Positions 1-8,082 of a stretch of DNA of 64,000 bases are shown one piece after another (position 1 is the first letter of the stretch; the number at the start of each line of letters is the position of its first letter). A program made the position numbers and the translations under genes. The notes under the pieces are model-generated. The model had not been told where the DNA came from. It worked only from the letters and a program-made list of their open reading frames with translations, and did not search any database. The stretch lies in IMG/VR virus record IMGVR_UViG_642918914_000001, positions 96,001 through 160,000 of that record. One strand, given 5' to 3'. Source of the DNA: a virus (lineage: Duplodnaviria; Caudoviricetes).

Positions 1-519
1 AGGAGTCGGAGAGCTGCCTGCCACGATGTTCGTATCCAGGTTCCAGTTGAGCGCGTCGAGATACACGCCGCGCGAGTAGTGTTCCATGACCGTTGTCACC
101 GGCATCGACCACCAAGCACCCATGTTCATCTTGATGGGATCGATGGGAACCAGCGACGGATAGCTGGCCCATGGCTTGACCACTTCACTGTCTTGCGACA
201 ATGGGAAGTATCCGGCCATGAACTGCGTGACTCGCGTCTGCGACTTCAGATTGTCCGTCTGCGCGATGCCGGGAACCGTGGCAGGCAGCGTCACAACCTT
301 CAGGTTCACCGTGTGGCCGGGCGATACCGTGAGCGTCGTTTCGCTGCCGTTGAACGTGGTCTCGGTGATAGGGAAGAAGCCAGCGACGCGGCCGGTGTCC
401 GTGAGGTACGGCACCAGCGTCTGCGTGCTGGGATTGGCCAGCGGCAGGTCGAAGCGAATGCCGCTCGCGTTGGCGAACGCCGACAGGCGAGTGAGCTGAG
501 AAGGGAGATTGGTAGCCAT
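1..519 (-). CDS. hypothetical protein, probably virion structural (3' end runs off the window)
   Basis: Not in ORF track. ATG at 519, open to the window edge: MATNLPSQLTRLSAFANASGIRFDLPLANPSTQTLVPYLTDTGRVAG...; starts 8 nt downstream of the stop of the 528-902 gene. Confidence 0.7.
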   Translation of the reverse strand, partial: MATNLPSQLTRLSAFANASGIRFDLPLANPSTQTLVPYLTDTGRVAGFFPITETTFNGSETTLTVSPGHTVNLKVVTLPATVPGIAQTDNLKSQTRVTQFMAGYFPLSQDSEVVKPWASYPSLVPIDPIKMNMGAWWSMPVTTVMEHYSRGVYLDALNWNLDTNIVAGSSPTP

Positions 520-527
520 GATGGATG

Positions 528-902
528 TCAAGAGATGATGTTCTGGACCTGAACGTAGGCCAAGTCAGGCCCCAGACAGGTGACGCCACATACGCAATTC
601 CCACCCGACGGATCAGGCACCTCAATCACCCCAGTATCCGGATTCGTCTGCTGCGCCACGACCTCTCGCCAACAGATGCGAACTTCCTGCTGTTGACTCG
701 TGACCAGCGCGGCCAACGATGAAGGCTCGGTTCCCGTTTGAAACTGGGAACTGATCGAGGGTTCCACCAAGGTGATGGTGGGCGCGGTCTGTGCATGCTG
801 GAACTGACCGCCACTCAGCACAAGATTGCCGAGCGGAACGTCGATCACGGGTTGCGTATTCCCTTGCGGGACCAGATAGAGACGGACGTAAGACTGGGCC
901 AT
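528..902 (-). CDS. hypothetical protein
   Basis: MAQSYVRLYLVP... (ATG 902); preceded by the AATTTGAT motif at 943-950. Confidence 0.7.
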   Translation of the reverse strand: MAQSYVRLYLVPQGNTQPVIDVPLGNLVLSGGQFQHAQTAPTITLVEPSISSQFQTGTEPSSLAALVTSQQQEVRICWREVVAQQTNPDTGVIEVPDPSGGNCVCGVTCLGPDLAYVQVQNIIS

Positions 903-942
903 GGACGTATTTGGGAGTGACAAAGATTGGGTGCGTTGCCCT

Positions 943-950
943 ATCAAATT
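943..950 (-). promoter_or_regulatory. AATTTGAT motif (candidate phage promoter)
   Basis: ~40 nt upstream of ATG 902; the same octamer recurs in other intergenic gaps. Confidence 0.55.
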
Positions 951-1678
951 TAGGTAGCCGCAATCTGCTGGCTGCTCTTGAGCACATACTGGATCTCGAA
1001 CGATTCAATCCCAGTAGCCTTGGAAACGATGTCGGCGGACGACAGACGACTGGCAGCCACTGCTGCCTTCAGCTCTTCAGCCTTCGGATTCTGCATGAGC
1101 AGCAGAATGTCCTGAAGCTTGAGATTGGCTTTCAGGAAGCGCAGGGCAGTGGTCTTTGGCGTGATGCCTGCCAAGTAGCCGATGCACACTTCGCGCACGC
1201 GCTTCTGCTGCTGATAGTTCTTCAGCCGGTAGAGCTGCGTCTGCAGATCGTTGAGCCAACTGGGTTTGGTCGCCGAGTTCACGTAGTCCATGATCGACGG
1301 ATCGTTCTTCTTGTACTCCCAGCCACTGATATTGGTCGTTGCCTGCTGAAGAGCAGCGGCCAACGCCGCGTCGAACGGCTTCTTCATCTTGTCGTTCCAC
1401 AGAACGTCGGAGATGTTGGTGGTGGACAGTGCGGCACGCGCATCGGTAACCAGAAAGATTAGATGCCCTTGTCGCGCCTTCACGTACTTCTCGAATGTAC
1501 GAAGCCCGTCAACTACCACAGGCCAAGCGGGCTGCTCGGCCACCGGCATGTCCACGTGCGTGACCGCGGTACGATAACCATGGCGCATGACCACGCTATG
1601 ACTCACGTTCAGAGCGCGGAGCGCCTGCGATACGTGCAACGGAGCTCGATCTACGATTCCAAATGCGGCTAATGCCAT
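950..1678 (-). CDS. hypothetical protein (242 aa)
   Basis: Good RBS (GAGGA) upstream; co-oriented downstream of the SbcC-like gene; no motif recognised. Confidence 0.75.
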   Translation of the reverse strand: MALAAFGIVDRAPLHVSQALRALNVSHSVVMRHGYRTAVTHVDMPVAEQPAWPVVVDGLRTFEKYVKARQGHLIFLVTDARAALSTTNISDVLWNDKMKKPFDAALAAALQQATTNISGWEYKKNDPSIMDYVNSATKPSWLNDLQTQLYRLKNYQQQKRVREVCIGYLAGITPKTTALRFLKANLKLQDILLLMQNPKAEELKAAVAASRLSSADIVSKATGIESFEIQYVLKSSQQIAAT

Positions 1679-1706
1679 TCTCGTGTCCTCTTCTTATTCA
1701 ATGTTG

Positions 1707-3971
1707 CTAGTCACGAATCTGATCCGGATACCCTTGGACCAGCGTTGATTCTCCCCGACGCTTCACTACAGTGAACGCCGTTGCCCCTTCATACCGCTCG
1801 TTATGCGGCGTGATCACAATGATCGAAGGAATGAGTTGGTTTAGTGTTGTGAGCAGGTTCTTGAAGACTTCCTGCATTTCGGTTGACAGACGCGCACTAG
1901 GCTCGTCCAGGATCAGCACGTTGCAGCGTTTGCGCTCTGGTACGAATGCCAGCAACGCGCACACCAGCACCAGCGTGAAGAGTGTGGATTCTGCACCGGA
2001 CAGGCGGCGCACGTCGCTCGTCTGCACCTTCTTGCCGACCCGGCGGTGCACCAGCAACTGAATCTGCGTGTCCCACTTGAACTCGAACTTGAAGTTCTCG
2101 GGGAACACTGGCGCAGCAAAGCGATTGACCAAGGTCATCAGACGTTGGCTGATTGCTTCGATCGCCATCTTCTTCAGGTTCTTGTCCTGATATCCATTCA
2201 CCAGATGCTTCAGCGCTTCCTCTTCTTTCAGCTGGCGTTCGTACTCTTCTAGTCGCGGCTTGATCTCGCGCAACTGCTGGCGAATAGAAGTGTCGAGCTC
2301 TAGCTTGGTGCACGTGCGCGACCACTGTTCCTGCACCTTGTTCAGCTGAGGAATGCAGTCGTGCTGTTGCTTGAATCGTTCTTTGTCCTCGGCCGTCAGC
2401 TTCTTCAGCTGCTCGATCGTTTCCAAATGCGGGCGGAAGTGCTCGATCAGCGACAGCGACTTCTGAATGTCAGCAACCACTGCCTTCTGGTCACGTACCG
2501 ACAGGCCGGGCACCCCGGTGAACGGCGCTGGAGCCACGGGCAGCGCCTTGAGTTCAGCGCCCAACCGCTCCCACTTGTTTGTGGATTCCAGCTGCGACTG
2601 CAGGTCAGCGAGTTGCGCTTTCAGCTTCTTCAGCTTGCCACTTGTCTCACGCCGCTCGTTAACAGCTTCTTCGTAGTCCCGTGCCTGCTGATGACGACGC
2701 AGCTTGTCCTTGACCACGTCCAGCTTCTGGCGCAGAACTTCGGGATCCTTGATCTTGACGATCTGCCCGCAGGTCTCGCACTTGCCTTGCTTGAAACGCT
2801 GGGCGTGTTCCAACTGATGGATGTACGCGCGCTTCAGTGTGTCGAGTTCACCCTCGTCCTCAGCAGGTGCCGTCACCTGTTCGGGCAGCTTGATGCGCTT
2901 CAGGTCCTCGGCCAGTCGCTGTGTACGAGGTTCGAGGTCGTCGATCTGAGCTTGAAGCTGCGTGCGCTTCCCGCTATGGCGGGCGCAGCGCTTGAGTAGC
3001 GCGGCCAGCCCATAGGTGTCAATAGCCGTACGCGCCTTGACAGAAAGGCGGGACGCTGCTTGTTCGTATTCCGCATGTTGTTCTTGATACTGTTCCCAGC
3101 GAATGGCGTCACGCAGCTTGCCTTCTACTTCCTTCAGCTCTTTGCGTGCCCAGCGCTCGGCGCGATCCATCTGCTGTTCGCAAATGTCGCCGTGGCAGAT
3201 GTTGTCAAGCTGTTTGAGTTGCTGACTGCTGGCCGCAGCAAACTCGAAGAGGCGCGTCAGTTCTTGGACTGCGGACAGCTCTTCCTGCAACTTCTTCATC
3301 TGCCGACGATAGCGCTTCTGCCTGGTGAGCAACGCTTCGCGCTCGTCTCGCGGCAGGACTTGCGTGCGAAGCTTCTCGTACTGTGCACGTAGTTCATCGT
3401 ACGCGGCACGCACACGCTTCAGCTTCGCAAGCTCTGCTACGTATAGCTTGCGCTCGGCATCGATCTTGTCCAGGCCAAAGAAGCGAGTGAAGAAGTCCTT
3501 GCGCGCTGCGTTGTTGCCCATGACCAGCGGATGGGGAATACGCGAGTCCAGATGCACGTAGGTCGAATACTCTTCCGGCGTGATCGGGAACAGACGGCGC
3601 ATAGCGTCACGCGCTGCAGTCTGTGTACGGTACTCCTGCAGCTTGCCGTTCACCTTGATCTGCAGCTTGTCGCTGCGACCGTTGGACACTCGCTGCACCA
3701 GCACACGCTTACCGCTATGCGTGGTGAACGGCAGGCTGCGCACACCGCTCTTCAGCTTGTCAACCTTGAGGCCGACGATCGGTTCTTCGTACAGAATTTC
3801 AGCAGGAGCGCCTGCCAGCAGCGACTTGCCAACGCCGTTGCTGTTCTTGCTGGCCTTCGTGTGAACACGGTTCAGGCCGTAGATGGCGGTGAGTCCCGGC
3901 ACAATGGGCAACCGCACCTTGCCCGTGAACGGGCCGTAGCTTTCAAGACCGATAGCGCTGATGACGTTCAT
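1707..3971 (-). CDS. SbcC/Rad50/gp46-like recombination ATPase
   Basis: Walker A NGVGKS, long coiled coils with central CETC zinc hook, signature LSGAE, Walker B/D-loop ILDEPSARL, H-loop ITPH. Confidence 0.92.
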   Translation of the reverse strand: MNVISAIGLESYGPFTGKVRLPIVPGLTAIYGLNRVHTKASKNSNGVGKSLLAGAPAEILYEEPIVGLKVDKLKSGVRSLPFTTHSGKRVLVQRVSNGRSDKLQIKVNGKLQEYRTQTAARDAMRRLFPITPEEYSTYVHLDSRIPHPLVMGNNAARKDFFTRFFGLDKIDAERKLYVAELAKLKRVRAAYDELRAQYEKLRTQVLPRDEREALLTRQKRYRRQMKKLQEELSAVQELTRLFEFAAASSQQLKQLDNICHGDICEQQMDRAERWARKELKEVEGKLRDAIRWEQYQEQHAEYEQAASRLSVKARTAIDTYGLAALLKRCARHSGKRTQLQAQIDDLEPRTQRLAEDLKRIKLPEQVTAPAEDEGELDTLKRAYIHQLEHAQRFKQGKCETCGQIVKIKDPEVLRQKLDVVKDKLRRHQQARDYEEAVNERRETSGKLKKLKAQLADLQSQLESTNKWERLGAELKALPVAPAPFTGVPGLSVRDQKAVVADIQKSLSLIEHFRPHLETIEQLKKLTAEDKERFKQQHDCIPQLNKVQEQWSRTCTKLELDTSIRQQLREIKPRLEEYERQLKEEEALKHLVNGYQDKNLKKMAIEAISQRLMTLVNRFAAPVFPENFKFEFKWDTQIQLLVHRRVGKKVQTSDVRRLSGAESTLFTLVLVCALLAFVPERKRCNVLILDEPSARLSTEMQEVFKNLLTTLNQLIPSIIVITPHNERYEGATAFTVVKRRGESTLVQGYPDQIRD

Positions 3972-4453
3972 TTTGATACGTGCTTCAGGCCCATTGCAGA
4001 TCGTGGGCCTTTGTGAAGGTTATTGGCTGCGGTGCGTGGTTGGATCTTGAAGTCGATGGGCAAGCCAGTCAGCGATCCAAGCCACTTGCTGAGAGCGATC
4101 GTATGGATCAACCACTTGGGGTCGAACTCCCACGCACCGGGAACGGTCATATTTACGCCGGGGAACTCGCGAGCAAAGTCATCGTCTGGCAGAATGAGGA
4201 CCACGTCCACATCCCGCCAGTCGGGTCGATCCATTGACGACCCAACGAGATAACAGGTCTCGCCGTAGGCTTCGCTCAGCTGCTGACATGCCAGCTCCAA
4301 CTGAAAGACGGCCGGGACTCCGATGTAGCACGCCTTCTTACGCTTGGGCGCAGGCGTTGGTGCCCCATCCGGGTCGGCCCGCACTACCGGTTTGCGACCA
4401 GTGCCCTTGCTGATGGACTTGATGCCGTCGTTGTCGAAGTTCTTAAAGTCCAT
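3968..4453 (-). CDS. minimal nucleotidyltransferase (Pol beta superfamily)-like protein
   Basis: YLVGSS...DWRDVDVVLIL fits the hG[GS]x9-13DhD motif; third Asp candidate in LPIDF; start MDFKNF at 4453; ATGA overlap with the SbcC-like start. Confidence 0.7.
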   Translation of the reverse strand: MDFKNFDNDGIKSISKGTGRKPVVRADPDGAPTPAPKRKKACYIGVPAVFQLELACQQLSEAYGETCYLVGSSMDRPDWRDVDVVLILPDDDFAREFPGVNMTVPGAWEFDPKWLIHTIALSKWLGSLTGLPIDFKIQPRTAANNLHKGPRSAMGLKHVSK

Positions 4454-4724
4454 AGATGTTCTTTGCCTTTGAGATCTTGTTGAAGAACCAGCGTTCGAGG
4501 TACACTTCGGCCGTGGGTCCTCGCCCCTTTGCGTATCCGTAGACGACGCCGCTGTGTGCGTCAACTGCTCGGCTGCAGTCAGCCCAATTGTCCATCAGAT
4601 AGTCCACGTTGATCAGCGCCAAGTCGAAGTCAGGAACCGACACGCGAACCACATTCTCCAGCGGCGGGAAGATGTTCATCAACTTCCCGAATCGCACCAC
4701 ACCGTCTACCACCTTCTGTGTCAT
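4443..4724 (-). CDS. hypothetical protein
   Basis: 93-aa ORF tightly packed in the minus-strand operon. Confidence 0.65.
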   Translation of the reverse strand: MTQKVVDGVVRFGKLMNIFPPLENVVRVSVPDFDLALINVDYLMDNWADCSRAVDAHSGVVYGYAKGRGPTAEVYLERWFFNKISKAKNIYGL

Positions 4725-5017
4725 GTGAATGCCTTCTTTGCTTTGATGATAACGCCTTCGGCCAGTCGTTGCGCTTTTGCTTCGCGCACGGTGTCCGGTC
4801 GTTCACCAAGCGATGTTCCAAGCATGTCCTTGTACGCCTCACGTCCTGAATGAGTAGCAGCCACAAACCCATCGCTGCCTTTGACCAGGATGTTCGCGGC
4901 CAATCCTTGATCTACCAGCGTGTTGCAGGCGTCACGTGACAACAGATCGCCGGCCCACAAAGGGCCGTCCTCTACCAGCGAGATCAGCTGATATTGTTCA
5001 GTGTTGCTAAGGACCAT
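4721..5017 (-). CDS. hypothetical protein (possible winged helix)
   Basis: MVLSNTEQ... with GGGGAG RBS; ATGA overlap with next gene. Confidence 0.65.
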   Translation of the reverse strand: MVLSNTEQYQLISLVEDGPLWAGDLLSRDACNTLVDQGLAANILVKGSDGFVAATHSGREAYKDMLGTSLGERPDTVREAKAQRLAEGVIIKAKKAFT

Positions 5018-5042
5018 GATACTCCCCCGAGTACGTAGGTTG

Positions 5043-5312
5043 TCAGCTTTGACTGCTGTGTTCTTTCTTGATCCCGTCGAAGGAGATCTGCAAGTCAATC
5101 ATCTCCTCCGGCCCTGCGTGGACCACGCTGTCGACCGGGCCACCGGCGGATGGATACCAACTGCCGATCGCCTTTTCCTTGTGAACTGCTTCGGGCCACT
5201 GCTTCAGGAATTGGCTGGGAACGAGAGGACTTAAATCGACGACCTCCACCTCTACCGTTGAGCGTGCCCACCGGCGTCGCAATCGTCGTCGATCATGTGC
5301 GTTCCCGCTCAT
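5043..5312 (-). CDS. hypothetical protein
   Basis: ATGA overlap with the clamp-loader stop; fills the operon gap. Confidence 0.55.
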   Translation of the reverse strand: MSGNAHDRRRLRRRWARSTVEVEVVDLSPLVPSQFLKQWPEAVHKEKAIGSWYPSAGGPVDSVVHAGPEEMIDLQISFDGIKKEHSSQS

Positions 5313-6397
5313 TTGAACTTCTCCATGAGGAAGTACAGCTCGGACGACATGAGGTCGGTAGCCGGAACAGCGAACGACGTGGCCTGTCCCTGAATACGGA
5401 CCATCGTTGCATTGACCGCGGCCAACGTGCCCAGCGTCAGCTTCAGGTTCTTGGTGGCGCCGTGTACCTTGCGATTAGCGTTCGACCACCAGATCTTCTT
5501 GTGCTTGCCGACCACCGCCACGTTCAGCATGAAGGCTGCGATCCACGCGCACTTCTTGACGAAGGAGTAAGGATCACTGACGTCGAGCAGTGCGCGTTGG
5601 ACAGCGGCGTATTGCTTGCTGTACACGCCGATCATCAGATCAGCAGCCAGCTCATCGTCCGGGGACTCGACACTGGAGATGAGATCGGCCAGATGCTCGG
5701 TGCCCAGCTTCTTCGGCTTCTTGTCCAGGCCCTCGTAATACTGCTGGAGCGCTTGCATGAGGTTGGCCAGCGTACGCATCTCGCGATTGCAGCCACGGAC
5801 CAGCGCCTTGAGCACGGTGCGTTCCTCGTCCATCGCATAGCTCATGCCTTCGCCCTTAGCGATGCGCACGGCCTGCTTCAGCAGATCGCTTTCCGACGGT
5901 TCTTGCAGGACGAACTGCGTACATCGACTGAGAATGGCCTTGCCCGTGCGCGTGGTACCGAACTTCTCCGGCTCCATGCTACAGATGATCCACAGCGTGT
6001 CGGGCGACGGCTCTTCCAGCGTCTTCAGCAGGGCCTGCGCCGCCACCTGATTGGACACGATCTGCTGTGCTTCATCGATGAGGATAATGCGCTTGTTGCG
6101 TTGCGGGCGGAAGCGCGAGTTGCGAATCAGGTCACGAACCGCGTCCACCCCGCGTTCGTCGGCGGCATCCACTTCTTTGTAGTCGGTCTGCTTTTCGACC
6201 GGCAACTCGTTCAGTGCGTGCGCCACGCAACGACCAAGCGTGGTCTTGCCAGCCGACGGCGGGCCGAAGAAGGCAATAGCCGACGGGATCTTGCCGCTAG
6301 ACAGCATGCCCTTGAGGCGGGTCACGATCTTTTCCTGGCCAATCACGCGGTCCAGAGTAGTCGGGCGATATTTGCGATGGAAGGCTACTTGAGTCAT
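5309..6397 (-). CDS. DNA polymerase III gamma/tau-like clamp loader AAA+ subunit
   Basis: MTQVAFHRKYRP..LDRVIGQ, Walker A GPPSAGKTT, Walker B IDEAQ, LLKTLEEP, SRC motif; start 6397. Confidence 0.9.
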   Translation of the reverse strand: MTQVAFHRKYRPTTLDRVIGQEKIVTRLKGMLSSGKIPSAIAFFGPPSAGKTTLGRCVAHALNELPVEKQTDYKEVDAADERGVDAVRDLIRNSRFRPQRNKRIILIDEAQQIVSNQVAAQALLKTLEEPSPDTLWIICSMEPEKFGTTRTGKAILSRCTQFVLQEPSESDLLKQAVRIAKGEGMSYAMDEERTVLKALVRGCNREMRTLANLMQALQQYYEGLDKKPKKLGTEHLADLISSVESPDDELAADLMIGVYSKQYAAVQRALLDVSDPYSFVKKCAWIAAFMLNVAVVGKHKKIWWSNANRKVHGATKNLKLTLGTLAAVNATMVRIQGQATSFAVPATDLMSSELYFLMEKFK

Positions 6398-6645
6398 CAG
6401 TCTTGTGCCGATTGGGGTTTGGTGGTTGTGTCGAATGGGAACAGCGCACGCGACACAGCGCGATGCACTTCGAGATGTGCCTTGACTTCGCGTGCGACGC
6501 GGGTCCATGCCGGACTGTACAGAAGGACGCCGTACACAGAACCGTCCGGATTGGGATCTGCGCCATGCGCCACGCTCGAGTCGGGATCGATGCCGCGAAT
6601 GCGACACAGTTCACGCGCCGCAACTTCTAGCTGCTTGTCATTCAT
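6397..6645 (-). CDS. hypothetical protein
   Basis: 82-aa ORF overlapping its neighbours by 1-8 nt. Confidence 0.65.
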   Translation of the reverse strand: MNDKQLEVAARELCRIRGIDPDSSVAHGADPNPDGSVYGVLLYSPAWTRVAREVKAHLEVHRAVSRALFPFDTTTKPQSAQD

Positions 6646-6907
6646 CGTCGTCTTCCTCTTCCAGACTTGCCTTGTAGCGTTCGACTTCCTTGTTCAGCAT
6701 GAGCTCCACGTCGTTCGCAATCTGCGAGTAGACAGCGCGGCGCGTCTGCCGTGCGTCATCGTCAGGACCCAGATCGTGAGTCTCCGTGACGGTGATGGAC
6801 AGCGGTTCGAAGCGAGTGACCTGCACTGTTCGACTCACTGTGACGGTGATTTGCGTTGGAGTGCGCTGCGGTTTAAGCGGCTTCTTGGTCTTTGGGCGGC
6901 GTTGCAC
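6638..6907 (-). CDS. hypothetical protein
   Basis: 89-aa ORF with acidic C-terminus, operon packing. Confidence 0.6.
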   Translation of the reverse strand: MQRRPKTKKPLKPQRTPTQITVTVSRTVQVTRFEPLSITVTETHDLGPDDDARQTRRAVYSQIANDVELMLNKEVERYKASLEEEDDDE

Positions 6908-7046
6908 TGTGTGACTCCAGATATTCGGTGAGCAGTTCTTCCCACTGCTCGCGTGGTCGGTATTGAGTGTTCTTCTTTCGGTTGTAGTTGAACTCGAAAT
7001 CTTCGAGCTCCTGCGCCTTCTCTTTCAGGAAATCTTTCAACTGCAT
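6873..7046 (-). CDS. small hypothetical protein (57 aa)
   Basis: Below ORF-track cutoff: MQLKDFLKEKAQELEDFEFNYNRKKNTQYRPREQWEELLTEYLESHSATPPKDQEAA*, AGGGG RBS, fills the gap. Confidence 0.55.
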   Translation of the reverse strand: MQLKDFLKEKAQELEDFEFNYNRKKNTQYRPREQWEELLTEYLESHSATPPKDQEAA

Positions 7047-7054
7047 TCTAACCC

Positions 7055-7984
7055 CTATTTACGGCGTTTGGCTTCAGCATCCAGCTTGTCCTGTGCGCGC
7101 TGCGCGTGACCGCGGATCGGCACATGACCCTTATTCTTTCCAAGGTTGTAGGCGGACAGCAGCTCGCGGCGCACTTGCTTGTCATCCATCTTGCTGCAGA
7201 CTGGGCAGTACTCACCCTTGCAACGACCCCAATCCATCAACGCCAACACTTCGGACTTGGACGCAGCGTCTAGTGCCGCGCGATGCATCTTCTTGTAGCG
7301 AGACAGACGTTGCTTCACACGCTTGCGCGTTTCGTCGGTCAGCGGTCGCACCCACAGCACCGGGTCCGTGGTCACCGGATTGTCACGCAGGATGAAAGCG
7401 TCAGCATATCCAGCGATCTTCAACCCGTACTGCAATTCGACCAGCACTGCGTACGTCTCGATCTGTTCGCGGTAGGTAGCTCCTGGATCTTTCTTCTTGC
7501 CCGGCGCGCCCTTTACGCTCGTCGTCTTGAAGTCGACAATCCAAAGGCGTCCTTCCTTGTCCTTGTAGATGGCGTCGATGTGACCGTGGATGCCCTTGTA
7601 GTCGATCTCCACTTCATGATACTGCGTCGGATGGTCGCAGCATTCATGAACGTATGACATGCGATGCCACTTCTTGCAGTGCGTGCAGTGGTAGTCAGCG
7701 AGCAGCTGTCCGCTGCGGCTGAGGAAGTTCTGAAGCACTTCGTGAACAACAGTTCCCACTCGCGTGTAGAAAGCAGAGCCAAAGTCTTCCAACCCATACA
7801 ATCCACGCGATGCATGGTTGATGAAGAAGGAAGTGGGGCAGAATGGCATCTGCGACGGACGCAGATAAAGAACGCGGGACGGGCTGGTCTTCGTCAGGAA
7901 CGTCTGGTTTTTGATCAGACGCTTGAAAACACCAACGAAGTCAGAGGCCAGCGTGTGATTTGAGAGTGGGCGGATTTCGATCAT
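7055..7984 (-). CDS. Cas4/RecB-like PD-(D/E)xK exonuclease
   Basis: RPSQ..FCP (N-terminal Cys), GTVVH, GHID...IVDFKT, QIETY, C-terminal CxxxxCxxC; extra CxxC..CC insertion. Confidence 0.85.
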   Translation of the reverse strand: MIEIRPLSNHTLASDFVGVFKRLIKNQTFLTKTSPSRVLYLRPSQMPFCPTSFFINHASRGLYGLEDFGSAFYTRVGTVVHEVLQNFLSRSGQLLADYHCTHCKKWHRMSYVHECCDHPTQYHEVEIDYKGIHGHIDAIYKDKEGRLWIVDFKTTSVKGAPGKKKDPGATYREQIETYAVLVELQYGLKIAGYADAFILRDNPVTTDPVLWVRPLTDETRKRVKQRLSRYKKMHRAALDAASKSEVLALMDWGRCKGEYCPVCSKMDDKQVRRELLSAYNLGKNKGHVPIRGHAQRAQDKLDAEAKRRK

Positions 7985-8023
7985 GCAGTGTCCTTCAGGG
8001 CTTACCTATATTTACTGGGTGCC

Positions 8024-8050
8024 ATCAAATTCACCTGTCGCAAATTTGAT
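8024..8050. promoter_or_regulatory. back-to-back divergent AATTTGAT motifs
   Basis: Minus copy 8024-8031 faces the Cas4-like gene; plus copy 8043-8050 faces the fibre gene. Confidence 0.6.
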
Positions 8051-8082
8051 GTCAGCAGTATCCATGATCTAATGGAGTCCAT

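Noticed and set aside
5150-6931. Long antisense ORFs (e.g. 5150-6931+, 8002-9537-, 17286-19400-, 42796-44349+, 61442-63301+)
   Set aside because: They mirror well-supported genes on the opposite strand. GC-rich codon bias suppresses antisense stops, and the translations are motif-free and Arg/His-rich.
7056-7062. GTAAATA copy as a promoter
   Set aside because: It is formed by the last codons and stop of the Cas4-like gene and lies only ~10 nt from the next ATG, so it may be coincidental.
7055-7984. CRISPR-Cas locus suggested by the Cas4-like gene
   Set aside because: No repeat-spacer array or other cas gene was seen. The repeats in the window are in-frame coding repeats.
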